Positions 39,652 through 54,580 of a stretch of 64,000 nucleotides of DNA are shown here, piece by piece. Below the pieces are notes generated by a model that did not search any database, was not told the DNA's origin, and was given only the letters and a program-made list of their open reading frames with translations. The position numbers and the translations under genes are program-made. The stretch lies in NCBI GenBank assembly GCA_951406725.2, contig OX597827.1, positions 10,478,001 through 10,542,000 on the forward strand, read 5' to 3'. Each line of letters starts with the position of its first letter. Positions within the stretch are counted from its first letter, which is position 1. This stretch comes from Octopus vulgaris (lineage: Eukaryota).

Positions 39652-40216
39652 CTGAAGAAACTTAAGAGCCACATAGACCTCTAGAGATATGCTGTGACTG
39701 CGAAGACCTGGCAAATAAAGTGAGTTCACGGCTGTATCCCATACCAGTTTTGCATAACCAGCCCCAGCCCATTCAAAAGTACCTTGGATTGTAGCACGAC
39801 CTGCTGTGCTTGAGGAGACCTTATTGAGTCAAGTTCATCAACATCAAAATAAAAATCAAATGGAAATTGTAGTTGTGATACCTGTGCCGGTGGCACGTAA
39901 AAGCACCACCCGAAAGTGGCTGATGCCAGCGTTGCCTTGACCGGCTTCCAAGCCAGTGGCATGTAAAAAGCACCAACTGATTGTAGCTGTTGCCGGCCTC
40001 CACTGGCCCCTGTGCCGGTGGCACATAAAAAGCACCCACTACACTCACAGAGTGGTTGGCGTTAGGAAGGGCATCCAGCAGTAGAAACACTGCCAGATCA
40101 GAATGGAGCCTGGTGCAGCCTCCTGGCTTCCCAGACCCCGGCCAAACCATCCAACCCATGCTAGTATCGAAAACGGACGTTAAATGATGATGATGACGAT
40201 GATGATGATGATGATT
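39652..40216 (+). mobile_element. Family C copy extending furthest 5', with possible LINE ORF end
   Basis: Extends ~230 bp upstream of the modules, including a DL*RYAVTAKTWQIK*-like ORF end. Then three modules, the conserved 3' end and (GAT)n. Confidence 0.7.
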
Positions 40217-40352
40217 GTGATGTAAATCTTATCTACAGATTAAGTCTACCACCCCAAAAACAGAGGCTGTTCCTCACATTGGCTTTTACACTGCTTCTGT
40301 TTTCAGCTTTCTCTCACAAGGATTTGAGTGACCCAAAGATATAGTAAAAGGG

Positions 40353-40680
40353 TAAAGACCCCCTTCGGTCATGAATGACCATGGGATTGCACCTAGAAAT
40401 TTCTCCTCTAAAGCAGAAGTCTGGACAAGGTTGTTTATGGAAGAGCAGCAGTCACCCATGCATACAACCCTTCCCACTCCACACTACTGATGTTAGCCAA
40501 GGGAAAGCCAAAGGCCAATACAGCTTGGCACCAGTGACGTTGCAACTCATTTCTACAGCTGAGTGAACTGGAGCAACATGAAATAAAGTGTCTTGCTCAA
40601 GAACACAACACACAGCTTGGACCGTGAGAATGAACCCAAAACCTCAAGCTTTATGAAGCAAACATCTTAACCATACAGCC
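40353..40680 (-). mobile_element. SINE E second copy
   Basis: Aligns with 32209-32535. Confidence 0.78.
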
Positions 40681-41083
40681 AAGCTTGTACATTTTAAACA
40701 CTGCTGACTGCCACTCCGCTTTCTAATGTAATGTTAGCAAACACAGAAAGAATTGTTGAAATTCATTATTGAGTTTAATTCAAGAAATATCACAGGAGCT
40801 TCCTTGCTTTTAATTCTCATATTCATCCACTTTTAGTTGGCAGCAAATTGTCTGCAACAATCTGACTACCATAAGGGTTCCCTCTTGTATAATGAGATTT
40901 TCACCGGAAATAGCATAAATACTTGAAGTCATTTGCAATACATAGAGATGTATGCATGTTTGTATGCATGTATCTATGTATGCATCTATGTATGCATGTA
41001 TGTATATGCATATGTACGTGTGTGTGTACATATGTATTTATATGTATATGTGTGTGTTTGTGCATACATATACAAATATATAA

Positions 41084-41124
<41 letters not shown>

Positions 41125-41281
41125 AATATATATATATATACACATACACGCACATTCAAATATATATATATATATATGTACACGCACAACACACACATAT
41201 ATACATATATGTATGTATGTATGTATATATATAGAGAGAGAGAGAGAAAGAGAGTGAGGGAGACAGGCAGACAGAGAGATC

Positions 41282-41314
<33 letters not shown>

Positions 41315-41316
41315 GC

Positions 41317-41371
<55 letters not shown>

Positions 41372-41428
41372 CAGAGGTATTGATATAGATACACAAACAT
41401 ACATACATACATACATACATACATACAT

Positions 41429-41467
<39 letters not shown>

Positions 41468-41987
41468 GGAAATGAACTTGTGTCTGCTGCATCATTTATC
41501 TCTTATTGCCTTACACTTTATTTTCCTCATTTTCACATTCTTTGTCTTTAGCATAAATATATACTCATACTCCGCTACACATTTTGTCATAGCCTTCTCT
41601 TTTTCTTTCACTGTTTCTTTCCTTCTTTCATTCTTTCTTCCTTTCTTTCTTTCATTCATTCTTTCTTTCTTTCTCAAGTCGTTCTCTCTGCCTGTCTACC
41701 TTTTACACCATTTTATCATACCTCCCACCATTACTTTCTCTGTAAATGTCAAGATGTCATATCTGGATGACTTGCACACACAGCCAGTTTATTGATAGTA
41801 GTTTCGGAATGAATTACTTCAGTACATCAACCATTACTAAGATAAATGTTTTCCTGTTGATCTAAACTTTGATTAATATTCACAAGTAATTTTTGACATG
41901 AACTGCAAATTATGATAGATGCAGTTGGTTGAACAGATATGTTGCTAGCCAGGTCTACAGACCAAAGAACCAATAGCTTGTAGTCTA

Positions 41988-42404
41988 TGAGGGGTTGCTG
42001 AAAAGTTCCTGGCTTTGAGTGAAAGAAAATACAAGAGGATCAGTTAATTATGATTCTTTTTAACATATTCCCCTCTCAGATTCACACATTTATTGCAGAG
42101 GTCCTTCAGTTTTTCTGAGCTCTGGAAAAGAAATTGGAAGGTTGCCAGTGCTGCCTTGGCTGGCTTCCGTGCTGGTGGCATGTTAAAAGCTCCAACCGAT
42201 CGAGGCCGATGCCGGACCCCCCTGGTACCTGTGCAGGTGGCACGTAAAAAGCACCCACTACACTCGCGGAGCGGTTGGCGTTAGGAAGGGCATCCAGCTG
42301 TAGAAATTCTGCCAGATCAGACTGGAGCCTGGTGCAGCCTCCTGGCTTCCCAGACCCCGGTCAAACCGTCCAACCTGTGCTAGCGCAGAAAACGGACATT
42401 AAAC

Positions 42405-42439
<35 letters not shown>

Positions 42440-42498
42440 GCCTCCAACTAGGCCTTTTGCAATAACCTTAAAGCCAGGAACTTTTCAGCACCCCCTTG
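41988..42498. mobile_element. Mariner-type MITE interrupted by family C insertion (42143-42439)
   Basis: TA|TGAGGGGTTGCTGAAAAGTTCCTGGCTTT...AAAGCCAGGAACTTTTCAGCACCCCCTTG|TA. An uninterrupted copy lies at 44326-44543. Confidence 0.85.
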
Positions 42499-43219
42499 TA
42501 TCAAGCACTGCTGTAGCATGGAGTTACTTGTTTCTTTTAAAGACTCCTAAACCTCTAAACTCTGCCAAAAACTCATAACATTCTAGATTAGGCATAGGCA
42601 ACCTTTTCTGTGGAGGCCACAAGAGAAATGACTCACCATCAGGCAGGTCATATCACTGAAGAAACTGGAAGACATTTTTTGTTAGCCATGTCATTCAGAA
42701 AGTTCCGTGGACCATAGTTTTTCCTAAGATTTCTCTAAACACTGTTCTACAGAGATACTGTTTCCTTCATACTGTGTCTTTTATCCCACCACTATGGTGG
42801 CTTCTATTCTTTGGAGTTTATTAATCTTCCTCCGCCTCCACCTCCACCATCTCAAATGTTCAAATCCACCTGATTCATTAACTTCTCTTTCAATATTCAT
42901 GCATATTCTGAGTTCCACTCAACACTCCAACTTAACCCCCAAGGCTAATCATTAATTAGACCAATCCACAGCACTTTCTCCCCGTAATGAACATTTTTAG
43001 GAAATCCTTCCCTCTAGTCAGTTGGTATTTGTTCAGAAAGATCATCAACTGCATTGGTTAAACCAGTTTTAGAAGGGGTAGAAAGTCCTTATGTACAGTC
43101 CCCCCTTCTCTCTCACTTTCTCTCCCTCTCCACCAAACTATAAGGATGATGATGACGACAAGAACGACGATGATGATGATGAATAAATTGATGGAAGAAG
43201 AAATGAAAAAGAACTTTAA

Positions 43220-43662
43220 CCCTTTAGTGTTCAGATTATTCAATCAAACATAATGTCTATTGATTCCCATTGATTTGAATTAATCATGTATTATCTCATA
43301 TCTTCAAGATCTTGATGGTGTAACTACTTAATGTAGAATAACATTGTAGGGTAGGTGTGAGAGCCTGGATCTGGTCAGTTTGAACATAAGCAGATTAGCT
43401 ATTTTGGCCAGATATGGCCGGTTTAACCCTTTAGTGTTCGCATTATTCTGCCAAAATTAATGCTTTTTTATCCACATTGTTTTGAACTAATAATGCATTA
43501 CCTTATAGCAATGAGATTTTGATGAGGTAGCTGTTAATTTTTAAGATGATATTGTAGGGTTGGTGTGAAAGACCAGATCGGGCCAGTTTAGACATAAAAC
43601 AGGCAGAATACTTTTGGCCAGATACGGCCGGTTTAAATGCTAAAGGGTTAAATACAAAAGGG
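43220..43662. mobile_element. piggyBac-type MITE with a second family member nested in its subterminal TTAA (inner 43427-43647)
   Basis: TTAA|CCCTTTAG..GGT-TTAA|CCCTTTAG..TAAAGGG|TTAA-ATACAAAAGGG|TTAA. Confidence 0.85.
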
Positions 43663-43679
43663 TTAATGCAAGAGTGTCT

Positions 43680-43870
43680 CCAAACACTTAGGACTGATGC
43701 TGCAGTGAAAAACTGAATAGAAAAAATAAGATTCAGGCAATCAATACACGAGTGATTGCATTATTGGGGTATGATGTAGGTAGTATCAGTTGGTGGTAAA
43801 AGAGAAGTTACAGAGGCTAGACCAAAAATTGAGAAAACTACTCACAATGATAGTAATTCACAAATATATT
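43680..43870 (+). mobile_element. R4/Dong-like LINE RT C-terminal fragment
   Basis: KLNRKNKIQAINT..LLGY..GSISW / EKLQRLDQKLRKLLTM. Confidence 0.6.
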
Positions 43871-43885
43871 TATTCTCATTCTATA

Positions 43886-44019
43886 GGCGAAGGAGTGGCA
43901 CATGGTTCCGGGTTCAGTCCCACTGCATGGCATCTTGGGCAAGTGTCTTCTGCTATAGCCCCAGGCCGACCAATGCCTTGTGAGTGGATTTGGTAGACGG
44001 AAACTGAAAGAAGCCTGTC

Positions 44020-44071
<52 letters not shown>

Positions 44072-44280
44072 ATGTGTTTGTGTGTCTGTGTTTGTCCCCC
44101 TAGCATTGCTTGACAACCAATGCTGGTGTGTTTACGTCCCCGTCACTTAGCGGTTCGGCAAAAGAGACCGATAGAATAAGTACTGGGCTTACAAAAGAAT
44201 AAGTCCCGGAGTTGATTTGCTCGACTAAAGGTGGTGCTCCAGCATGGCCCCAGTCAAATGACTGAAACAAGTGAAAAAGA
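43886..44280 (+). mobile_element. SINE A with ~30-bp deletion in the tRNA head
   Basis: GGAGTGGC is joined directly to ACATGGTTCCGGG; the rest is consensus. Confidence 0.9.
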
Positions 44281-44325
44281 AAAGAGAGAAAGAGAAATGT
44301 ATTTTGCGGACTGAGGATTAATATA

Positions 44326-44543
44326 CGAGGGGTTACTGAAAAGTTCCTGATTTTAAGGGTACTGCAAAAGGCCTGTTTGGAGGCCCAAACTTCTGAGTAC
44401 TTTTACAGGGCTTAAAAAAATTTGAAGAACTTCTGCAATGAGTGTGTGAATGTGAGAGGAGAATACGCTGAATAAAATCATAATTAACTGATCCTCTTGT
44501 GTTTTCTTTTACCCAAAGCCAGGAGTTTTTCAGGAACCTCTCA
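44326..44543. mobile_element. Mariner-type MITE, 218 bp
   Basis: TA-flanked TIRs CGAGGGGTTACTGAAAAGTTCCTG / CAGGAGTTTTTCAGGAACCTCTCA. Confidence 0.82.
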
Positions 44544-44902
44544 TATACGTGAGTTACTAGCATCAGATTTTGGAGGAATGGGCAAAATGATAGGAGAATG
44601 CTTTCAGATTTATAGAAAACACTTCTGCTATAGCCCCGGGCCAACCAATGCCTTGTGAGTGGATTTGGTAGACGGAAACTGAAAGAAGCCTGTCGTATAT
44701 ATATATGACCAAGTGTTGATTCCAGATTGAGAAAATACCCAACTGAAAAATAATTCTATTCTAAATCAAATAAATCAAAAAGAGGAGGCAAATCAGGGTG
44801 TTGAAGTAAATGGAAAACATAGTGGTGGGAGAAGCCCATGGCATCAAAACAGTAGCCACAGATTTATCTAGCGTAATGAGTTATGATGTACATCAAAGAA
44901 TT

Positions 44903-45281
44903 GGGTGGAAGCGCAATGGCCCAGTGGTTAGGGCAGCGGACTCGCAGTCATAGAATCGCGGTTTCGATTCCCAGACCGGGCGTTGTGAGTGTTTATTGAG
45001 CGAAAACACCTAAAAGATCCACGAGGCTCCGGCAGGGGATGGTGGTGATCCCTGCTGTACTCTTTCACCACAACTTTCTCTCACTCTTACTGTTGTACCT
45101 GTATTTCAAGGGGCCAGCCTTGTCACTCTCTGTGTCACGCTGAATATCCCCGAGAACTACGTTAAGGGTGCACGTATCTGTGGAGTGCTCAGCCACTTAC
45201 ACGTTAATTTCACGAGCAGGCTGTTCCGTTCATTCGGATCAACCGGAACCCTCATCGTCGTTACCGACGGAGTGCTTCTCC
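44903..45281 (+). mobile_element. SINE family D (tRNA-derived), full length
   Basis: A box TGGCCCAGTGG, B box GGTTTCGATTCC and 13-bp TSD ACATCAAAGAATT (44890-44902, 45282-45294). Confidence 0.9.
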
Positions 45282-45447
45282 ACATCAAAGAATTACTCTC
45301 TGAGGTTATCTACCAAGGGTTGTCCCTATAAGCAAAACATTACAGAGCTGGTATTTGATGCAATACGTAATACTGATTTAAAATTTTGGCACAAGGCCAG
45401 TAATTTTGGGGATGGGGTAAGTCAGTTGCATCAACTCTAGTGCTCTC

Positions 45448-45714
45448 TCCAGCATCGGCCACGATCGGTTGGAGCTTTTAATGTGCCAGCGGCACGGAAG
45501 CCAGCCAAGGCGGCGCTGGCAACGTTCGGATGCTGCTTTTTATGTGCCACCGGCACAGAAGCCAGTCAGAGCGGCGCTGGCATTGGCCACATTCGGATGG
45601 TGCTTTTTATGTGCCACCGGCACAGAAGCCAGTCGTGGCGGTGCTGGCATCGGCCACGTTCGGATGGTGCTTTTTATGTGCCACCGGCACAGGCATCACA
45701 ACTACTATTTCCAT
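45448..45714 (-). mobile_element. Family C module array (4 units), inverted
   Basis: GGTGCTTTTTATGTGCCACCGGCAC repeated with a ~62-66 bp period. Confidence 0.85.
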
Positions 45715-45894
45715 TGCTACACTAACTACCAATGTACCTATTTATCCACTGTCTTTATCCATAATTACCATGACTCCTGTATAGCATCTTAAGATGTTAA
45801 TGGAGGTGACAAAAACTGTAGAAGTGAAAGAGTTAACCAAGGAAATATACATATGTCTGTGAGTGTATTTACACACACACATAAATATATATAT

Positions 45895-46161
45895 GGCCAA
45901 TGCCAGCACTGCCTTGACTGGCTTCCGTGCCAGTGGCACATTAAAAGCACCAACTGATCGTGACTGATGCCAGACTCCCCTGGCACCTGTGCTGGTGGCA
46001 CGTAAAAAGCACCCACTACACTCACGGAGTGGTTGGCATTAGGAAGGGCATCCAGCTGTAGAAACACTGCCAGATCAGACTGGAGCCTGGTGCAGCCCTT
46101 GGCTTCCCAGACCCCAGTCGAACCGTCCAACCCATGCTAGCGCGGAAAACGGACGTTAAAC
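45895..46161 (+). mobile_element. Family C 3' end
   Basis: Consensus match ending GAAAACGGACGTTAAAC. Confidence 0.85.
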
Positions 46162-46736
46162 ATAATATATATGTATATGTATGTATATATATATAATATA
46201 TACATATACATAAAAAGGTGTGCTCTTACAATATCTGTCTGTCAAGCATTGTATTTTGCTTATATTGGGAGGGAACTAGAAGTAGCCAAAAATAAAGATA
46301 AAATTGTGAAATTGCAGGCAGGCCATGTCCACCATCTCACAATTTTCCCTTTAGTTTTGTCTTTGTTTATACTTCTTGTTTCCTCCCAAAATAAACAAAT
46401 GTATAATGTAAGAGTGTATCATTCAATGCAAGTCTGATGAAGTGCCATGCAAGTATTTAAAATTGCAAATATTATGCAATTTTCCACACTGATCTTTTGA
46501 ATGCCATAATTATAAAAACTGAGTGGTACAGAAACGATTGTAACTGGGCATTAAAGATGCGTTAAACTCTTTTTATTTGGATTATATCTATATCTATCTA
46601 TCTACCTATCTATCTATCTATTATATATACATATACACACACATGTATGTATGTGTATATTTATATTTATATGTATATGTATGTATATATATATATATAT
46701 ATATACATATATATACATATACATATATATATACAA

Positions 46737-46789
<53 letters not shown>

Positions 46790-47012
46790 CATTCTTCACT
46801 TTTCAAACACATACACACATCATACACATATATTTGTTAAAATGAAGAACGACTTTTCTGATAATTATTTTCTACTTTAATGAACGTCTAATTATCAAAA
46901 GTGGCAAACAATCATAAGAAAAGTAATTTTTCTTCACTTTTCCAAATATACAGTACTGTACCTAGCGTTTTTCTATTTCTATTTCTATGATATATATATA
47001 TGTGTGTGTGTG

Positions 47013-47053
<41 letters not shown>

Positions 47054-47057
<4 letters not shown>

Positions 47058-47462
47058 TCTTTACTCTTTACTCTTTTACTTGTTTCAGTCATTTGACTGC
47101 GGCCATGCTGGAGCACCGCCTTTAGTCGAGCAAATCGACCCCGGGACTTATTCTTTTGTAAGCCCAGTACTCATTCTATCGGACTCTTTTGCTGAACCAC
47201 TAAGTGACGGGGACGTAAACACACCAGCATCGGTTGTCAAGCAATGCTAGGGGGATAAACACACACAAACACACACACACACATACATATATATATATAC
47301 ATATATACGACAGGCTTCTTTTAGTTTCCGTCTACCAAATCCACTCACAAGGCATTGGTCGGCCTGGGGCTATAGCAGAAGACACTTGCCCAAGATGCCA
47401 CGCAGTGGGACTGAACCTGGAACCATGTGGCTGGTTAGCAAGCTACTTACCACACAGCCACA
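47054..47462 (-). mobile_element. SINE A within TA microsatellite
   Basis: Consensus match. Confidence 0.9.
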
Positions 47463-47464
47463 TA

Positions 47465-47500
<36 letters not shown>

Positions 47501-47502
47501 TG

Positions 47503-47535
<33 letters not shown>

Positions 47536-47536
47536 A

Positions 47537-47580
<44 letters not shown>

Positions 47581-48299
47581 TGCATATATACATATACATA
47601 TATATGAATATGTACTTGTGTGTACGTAAGAAATTGTAAACGATAGATATGTATATGCACAGAGTTTCTCACAGTTTCCATCTAACAAAGTTTACTCAAA
47701 AAATATTGGTCATCTCAAGACTATTTATTTACAGCACTCACTTGCCCTTGGTGCTATGTAGTGGTGAAACAAACTTCATATCAACACCAGCATGACACAC
47801 GAATTTGATCTTAAAGTTGCAGCTGTTAAAATATAGATCATACTATATAAATGTTAAATGTTATTGTTAACAAAGTTACTGTATGAAACATTTAAAAGCT
47901 AACTGGGTATAAAAACGAAGCTAGACAAAAAAAAAAAGAAAGAGAGAAAAGAAACAAATGAAATAATTGATAATAGTCAATGACAAATGTTTCTTATTCA
48001 TTTATATCACAAATATTTTATTATAAAACTAAAATGTTAAATTTTCTAATGTATTCTTGACTTTCTTCTGTCTTTTGATATATATATGCATCTGGAATTT
48101 TTTACTTTTGTCGAATCTTATGTGTTTATAAATCACTTGAATTAGCTCACAATATATAATTGGCACTTACTTTATTAACTCTGATGAGACGAAATGCAAA
48201 ATCTGCCTCTGAAAGATTTTGACTCAAAATCTAAAAGAGCTAATTAAATACAGCATTGTGTTTCGACCAACATTGTCAATACAGCCATTCATAATCCTT

Positions 48300-48707
48300 A
48301 TACTCTTTTATTACTCTTTTACTTGTTTCAGTCATTTGACTGCGGCCATGCTGGAGCACCGCCTTTAGTCGAACAAATCGACCCCGGGACTTATTCTTTG
48401 TAAGCCCAGTACTTATTCTATCGGTCTCTTTTGCCGAACTGCTAAGTGACAGGGACGTAAACACACCAGCATCGGTTGTCAAGCAATGCTAAGGGGACAA
48501 ACACACACACACAAACACACACACATACACACATATATATACATATATACAACAGGCTTCTTTCAATTTCCGTCTACCAAATCCACTCACAAGGCATTGG
48601 TCGACCCGGGGCTATAGCAGAAGACACTTGCCCAAGATGCCACGCAGTGGGACTGAACCCGGAACCATGTGGTTGGTTAGCAAGTTACTTACCACACAGC
48701 CACTCCT
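48300..48707 (-). mobile_element. SINE A, full length
   Basis: Consensus match. Confidence 0.9.
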
Positions 48708-49301
48708 CTGCCTTATGTTTGTATATATTCAAAAAAGTTTGCATAAATGTGTAAATGTATATTCATATTTTATAGTTAATAATTTTCAAACATTTTAAAT
48801 TAATTTTAAAAGATTTTAAATAGACTGAATGTCATAGAAAAATGGCTTCAATTTAGAGAAACAACCAAAAGAGTTGGAGAGAGATTTTAGACATTACAAA
48901 ATAACAATCTACTGTATTAGTTTAAAAGAATGATAAATGTGACAGTGTAAGAATTCTTCATAATATATTCCAAACAAAAGTCAATATATTTAGCCATTAC
49001 TGAGATGAAAAGTCACACCTTATCACATCTTTACAAAGAGATGAAGTGTATAGTTTGAAAATTTCTGAAAATATTTGCCTTCACTTCCTAACAAATGATT
49101 TTTATGAGCTCGACTTAAATGAAAAACCAATAAATTATGTCAAACAGGAACGAAATTAAGTTCCTAATGATGAAAAGGGACGAGTAAATATTCATTTCTA
49201 CTATAGGCACAAGGTCCAAAATTTTGAGGGGAGGGGCAGTCGATTACATCGACCCCAGTATGCAACTGGTACTTATTTTGTTGACCCTGAAAGGATGAAA
49301 C

Positions 49302-49569
49302 CAGTGGTTGACTGGGTCTAAAAATATTGGTTGCCAGGAGACTAAGGGGGGCTTACCTGCAACTACAATACTATCATTTAATTATTTTTTGTTAAAAGTA
49401 TTTTTTCAATCGTCTACAAACACAGCCAGGCTGAAATAATTAATGCAATCTTCCAGGAGTGAATAAAAAATTCTCAAATTTGAGGTGATGGACCCCCATA
49501 TATGGATTCTAATGGTGCAGGGGCCTGCTTGCCATCAGGTAAGCTGGTAACCTTGCCAGTCCACCACTG
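49302..49569. mobile_element. hAT-like MITE inserted in a SINE B2 copy (49195-49680, -)
   Basis: TIRs CAGTGGTTGACTGG / CCAGTCCACCACTG. TGAAA is repeated at both junctions, and the flanks rejoin as GGATGAAAGGCAAAG. Confidence 0.65.
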
Positions 49570-52377
49570 TGAAAGGCAAAGCTGATCTCAGCAGAATTTG
49601 AACTCAGAACGTGAAGACAGATGAAACACCACTAAGCATTTCACTTAGTGTGCTAACGAGTCTGCCAGCTCATTGCTTTGGATGATTAAATATTGAAACT
49701 TTCCCCTATTTACTACCAAATATTCCTTCCCTGTGTATACCCTTTTACTCTTTTACTCTTTTACTTGTTTCAGTCATTTGACTGTGGCCATGCTGGAGCA
49801 CTGCCTTTATGTCAGTTTCTTTTTTTAAATTTTGTTTTTGTTAAGTAGAAATAATGCTTGTCTTAGTGAAACAACAACCAGAATAAATTTAACCTAACTC
49901 ACAGTTACTCAGCTTATAAAATTTATGCTCATACTATTTTCCGATTGTAACATGTTCAATCTAAAATAGCAAAATTTATTTCTGTTTACTTGACTAAAAA
50001 TAAATTCTCTTAAGTGCAAAACTGTATATCTTTTCGAACTAAGAGAAATATTTTCCTGAAACAAGTATTTATATATTCATGTATTCATGCTTATTTATAC
50101 TTGTGGATGAGTTAACTGTTTATTCTCTTATTCCTGTTCGGTTTTCCAAAACATCACTCAATTATCCATGTTTTTGATCAATATAACAAAAAATTGTAGG
50201 CTTTCTCCCCTCTGATCCATCTTCTTCCATGAGTCATTATTGATTACCGGGAGGTTTCTGTCACTGTTGATGACAATATTTTCCTGAATAAATTACTTTA
50301 TTTGAAACCACATCAGTTCATGTTTGGAGTGTATTTGTCATATTGCTGTCAATACATCTGTATTTGGTCGTCTTCATTTTCGTATTTCCTATTTCATTTC
50401 GTTTCGTTTCGTTTCTTCATCAATAATGGATTGTCTCCAGTAATATTTCAAGCCATGTTAAACAGACTATTAATCTTATCTTTTAACTATTAAATTTTCA
50501 ATTAATAGGTTTATGAAATCACAGTAGAGTGAAAAGAAATTACTCTTCTTGGAGCATGGAAATTCAGTGAAGAAGCTTACAGTAGTAGTGAAACAGAAAC
50601 ATAAACGATGATGATGATGGTGATGATGATGATGATAACGATGACGACGACGACGACGACAATGAAAACACTGATGATGATGGTGCTACAGAAAGAATTG
50701 TTCATTGCTTGACTGAATATGGTCATAAGCCAACCTATAAAGATACTATTTTAACAAACTGAAATGGTAATCTAAGTCTTGCTACAGTTTAAATAATACT
50801 TTATTTGAATAGTTGATTTAATTCCATCCAAGCTGAATATGTTTGAATGAAATATTTGAATTCAAACTCTTATTGAGCTGTTTAAGAGTAAACTTATGTC
50901 GCAACTAGCAGCAAAGTAATTATATTAAAGATGAAAAGAAAACGAGAATAAGATGACGGAGAGAATAGAGATGGTAAAAATAAGAGATGTCAGGTGATTG
51001 GTTTTATCAAATTAAGTAATTATATTTCTTGGGAAATGTTGAATTGGGAAAGTGAAGAATTGGTCTGCAATAAACAATTGAATTATTTTCCAACACTGTC
51101 ATTTAATTAGATATTGCTTTTTTTTTTGTTTTGTTTTATTTTATTTTAATTGTTTATAATGCCTTTATTTGCTTGGTTTGCTCTGTCTTAATTCTTATAC
51201 AGTAAATGGTTTGTTTGGTGGAAGCGGCACTATTAGGCAGCATCAAATTTTAGTCTAGCAGTCATCTAGTGAGGTCTGAAGCCAATATCATTGACACATA
51301 ATTAGATTGAGTAAACTCCCATCAGACTATAGATGCCAAAAATGTGTGTCAGCAGACTTCTTTTTCCTCAATTGATTCTGATGGAGATTCTGGAGATAAC
51401 AAGAAACAGCACTTGTTAAAACATCATTGAGAAAACAACAGTGACAGAAAATAATGGTCCGTCATTACTTAGATTGGAATCTCTGTCAAAAAGAGCCTTT
51501 TGTGTCATTATTTCTTTGACTAATAACTTGTTTCTATGGCTACTTGACTGTTATTTGTATCTAACGGGCGGGCAGGTAAAAATCAATAGTTCCAAAATCT
51601 TACTTTCTCTTTCGGTTTTGATTCATACTCCTACAAAACCAAATAAAATATAATAAAACAACAAATAAGAACCGACAAAAACTGCAACGGTAACATTAAC
51701 AAATTCTAACAATGGTGTTTAAATTAGAAAAGATAATTTCAAACAGTGTTTTTATGTACTTTGTTTGCAAAAACAGTTAAACATTAATCAAAGATATTAA
51801 TTAAAGCAACCATCCTAATCATAGGTTTGTAGAAATTTTCAGAAAAGCTACTTCAAAATTGCAATTCTAAATTGCACTCTTTTTTGCATTGCATAATTGC
51901 AGTAATTTAATCTGAAGCTTCTGCCGATAGTAGGATGCATAATAGAGACAAGTTAAAGAACAATACATAGGACAATGTTAGGAAGATGCACAGTCTCTAC
52001 ATAAGGAAATGAATCTAAGGTATTTATAGATGTATTCAGAATTCAATGCAAGTTTGTTTTTTTTATCTTTCTTCCTAATCAAAAACTTTCTCAAGCGTTT
52101 CATTGGTGTTTGTTTCAGCTATTGTACAATTTTACAGTAGATACGACCAGTAACTCAGAGGTGTTTGCTTTCTGCAGAAATAGAAATGCAGATAATTGAA
52201 AAGATTTAAAGAAGCAAAATAGATAAACAAACACATAAACAGAGAGAGAGCTAAAGAATGTTTTTTTAATGTAAAGGAGGAAGAATTGTTTGCACATGTT
52301 CAGAAAATATTTGCATGGAATCATGGAATGTATTTAGGGAAAGCAAAGCATTTAAATAAGCAGCATTTTAGCATCTG

Positions 52378-52695
<318 letters not shown>

Positions 52696-52899
52696 TAATT
52701 GCATGGGTTGGATAGGTTTGCCATGCAGAATATTACTGATTGCCTTGGTTTGTTGCTTAGTCATCTCTGTTTATTTTCTGAGAAGCTCAGCAAAAGATTG
52801 AGTTTATAAACATTTATATTGATGGAGTTATACACATTGTGTAGTTAGAAATTACAAGATTAAATTGATTACTTGTTGACAATGAAAATGCGTATGACA

Positions 52900-53912
<1,013 letters not shown>

Positions 53913-54142
53913 CATACTGAAACAAAAATGTCAGCAAATGCATGACAGTGCATTGAGCTGAATATTTTTGTTACAATTTTGAGCTCAAATCTGCAAAGTT
54001 CAACTACGTTGTTCATTCTTCTGTGGTTAAAAAAATGTAAAGTAATGGTGGAATAGTGGGGTTCATAGAACTGAAAAATCCTTCTTTAACAATTTTCTGC
54101 TTTTGTACCAATACAGAAATTACTAACAACATTCTCCCTACT

Positions 54143-54357
54143 ATTACTCTTTTACTCTTTTACTTGTTTCAGTCATTTGACTGCAGCCATGCTGGAGCAC
54201 CGCCTTTAGTCGAGCAAATCGACCCCGGGACTTATTCTTTTGTAAGCCCAGTACTTATTCTATTGGTCTCTTTTTGCCGAACCGCTAAGTGACGGGGATG
54301 TAAACACACCAGCATCGATTGTCAAGCAATGCTAGGGGGACAAACACAGACACACAA

Positions 54358-54388
<31 letters not shown>

Positions 54389-54559
54389 CATATATACGAC
54401 AGGCTTCTTTCAGTTTCCATCTACCAAATCCACTCACAAGGCATTGGTCGGCCCGGGGCTATAGCAGAAGACACTTGCCCAAGATGCCACGCAGTGGGAC
54501 TGAACCCGGAACCATGTGGTTGGTTAGCAAGCTACTTACCACACAGCCACTCCTGTACC
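54143..54559 (-). mobile_element. SINE A, full length
   Basis: Consensus match. Confidence 0.92.
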
Positions 54560-54580
54560 TATATACAAAATTTATTAAAA

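Noticed and set aside
44905-44982. Possible tRNA gene
   Set aside because: It has A/B boxes but no proper acceptor stem, continues into a SINE body and is bounded by a TSD.
48181-48194. CTGATGA-GAC-GAAA hammerhead core match
   Set aside because: There is no room for stem II and no convincing stems I/III; likely chance.
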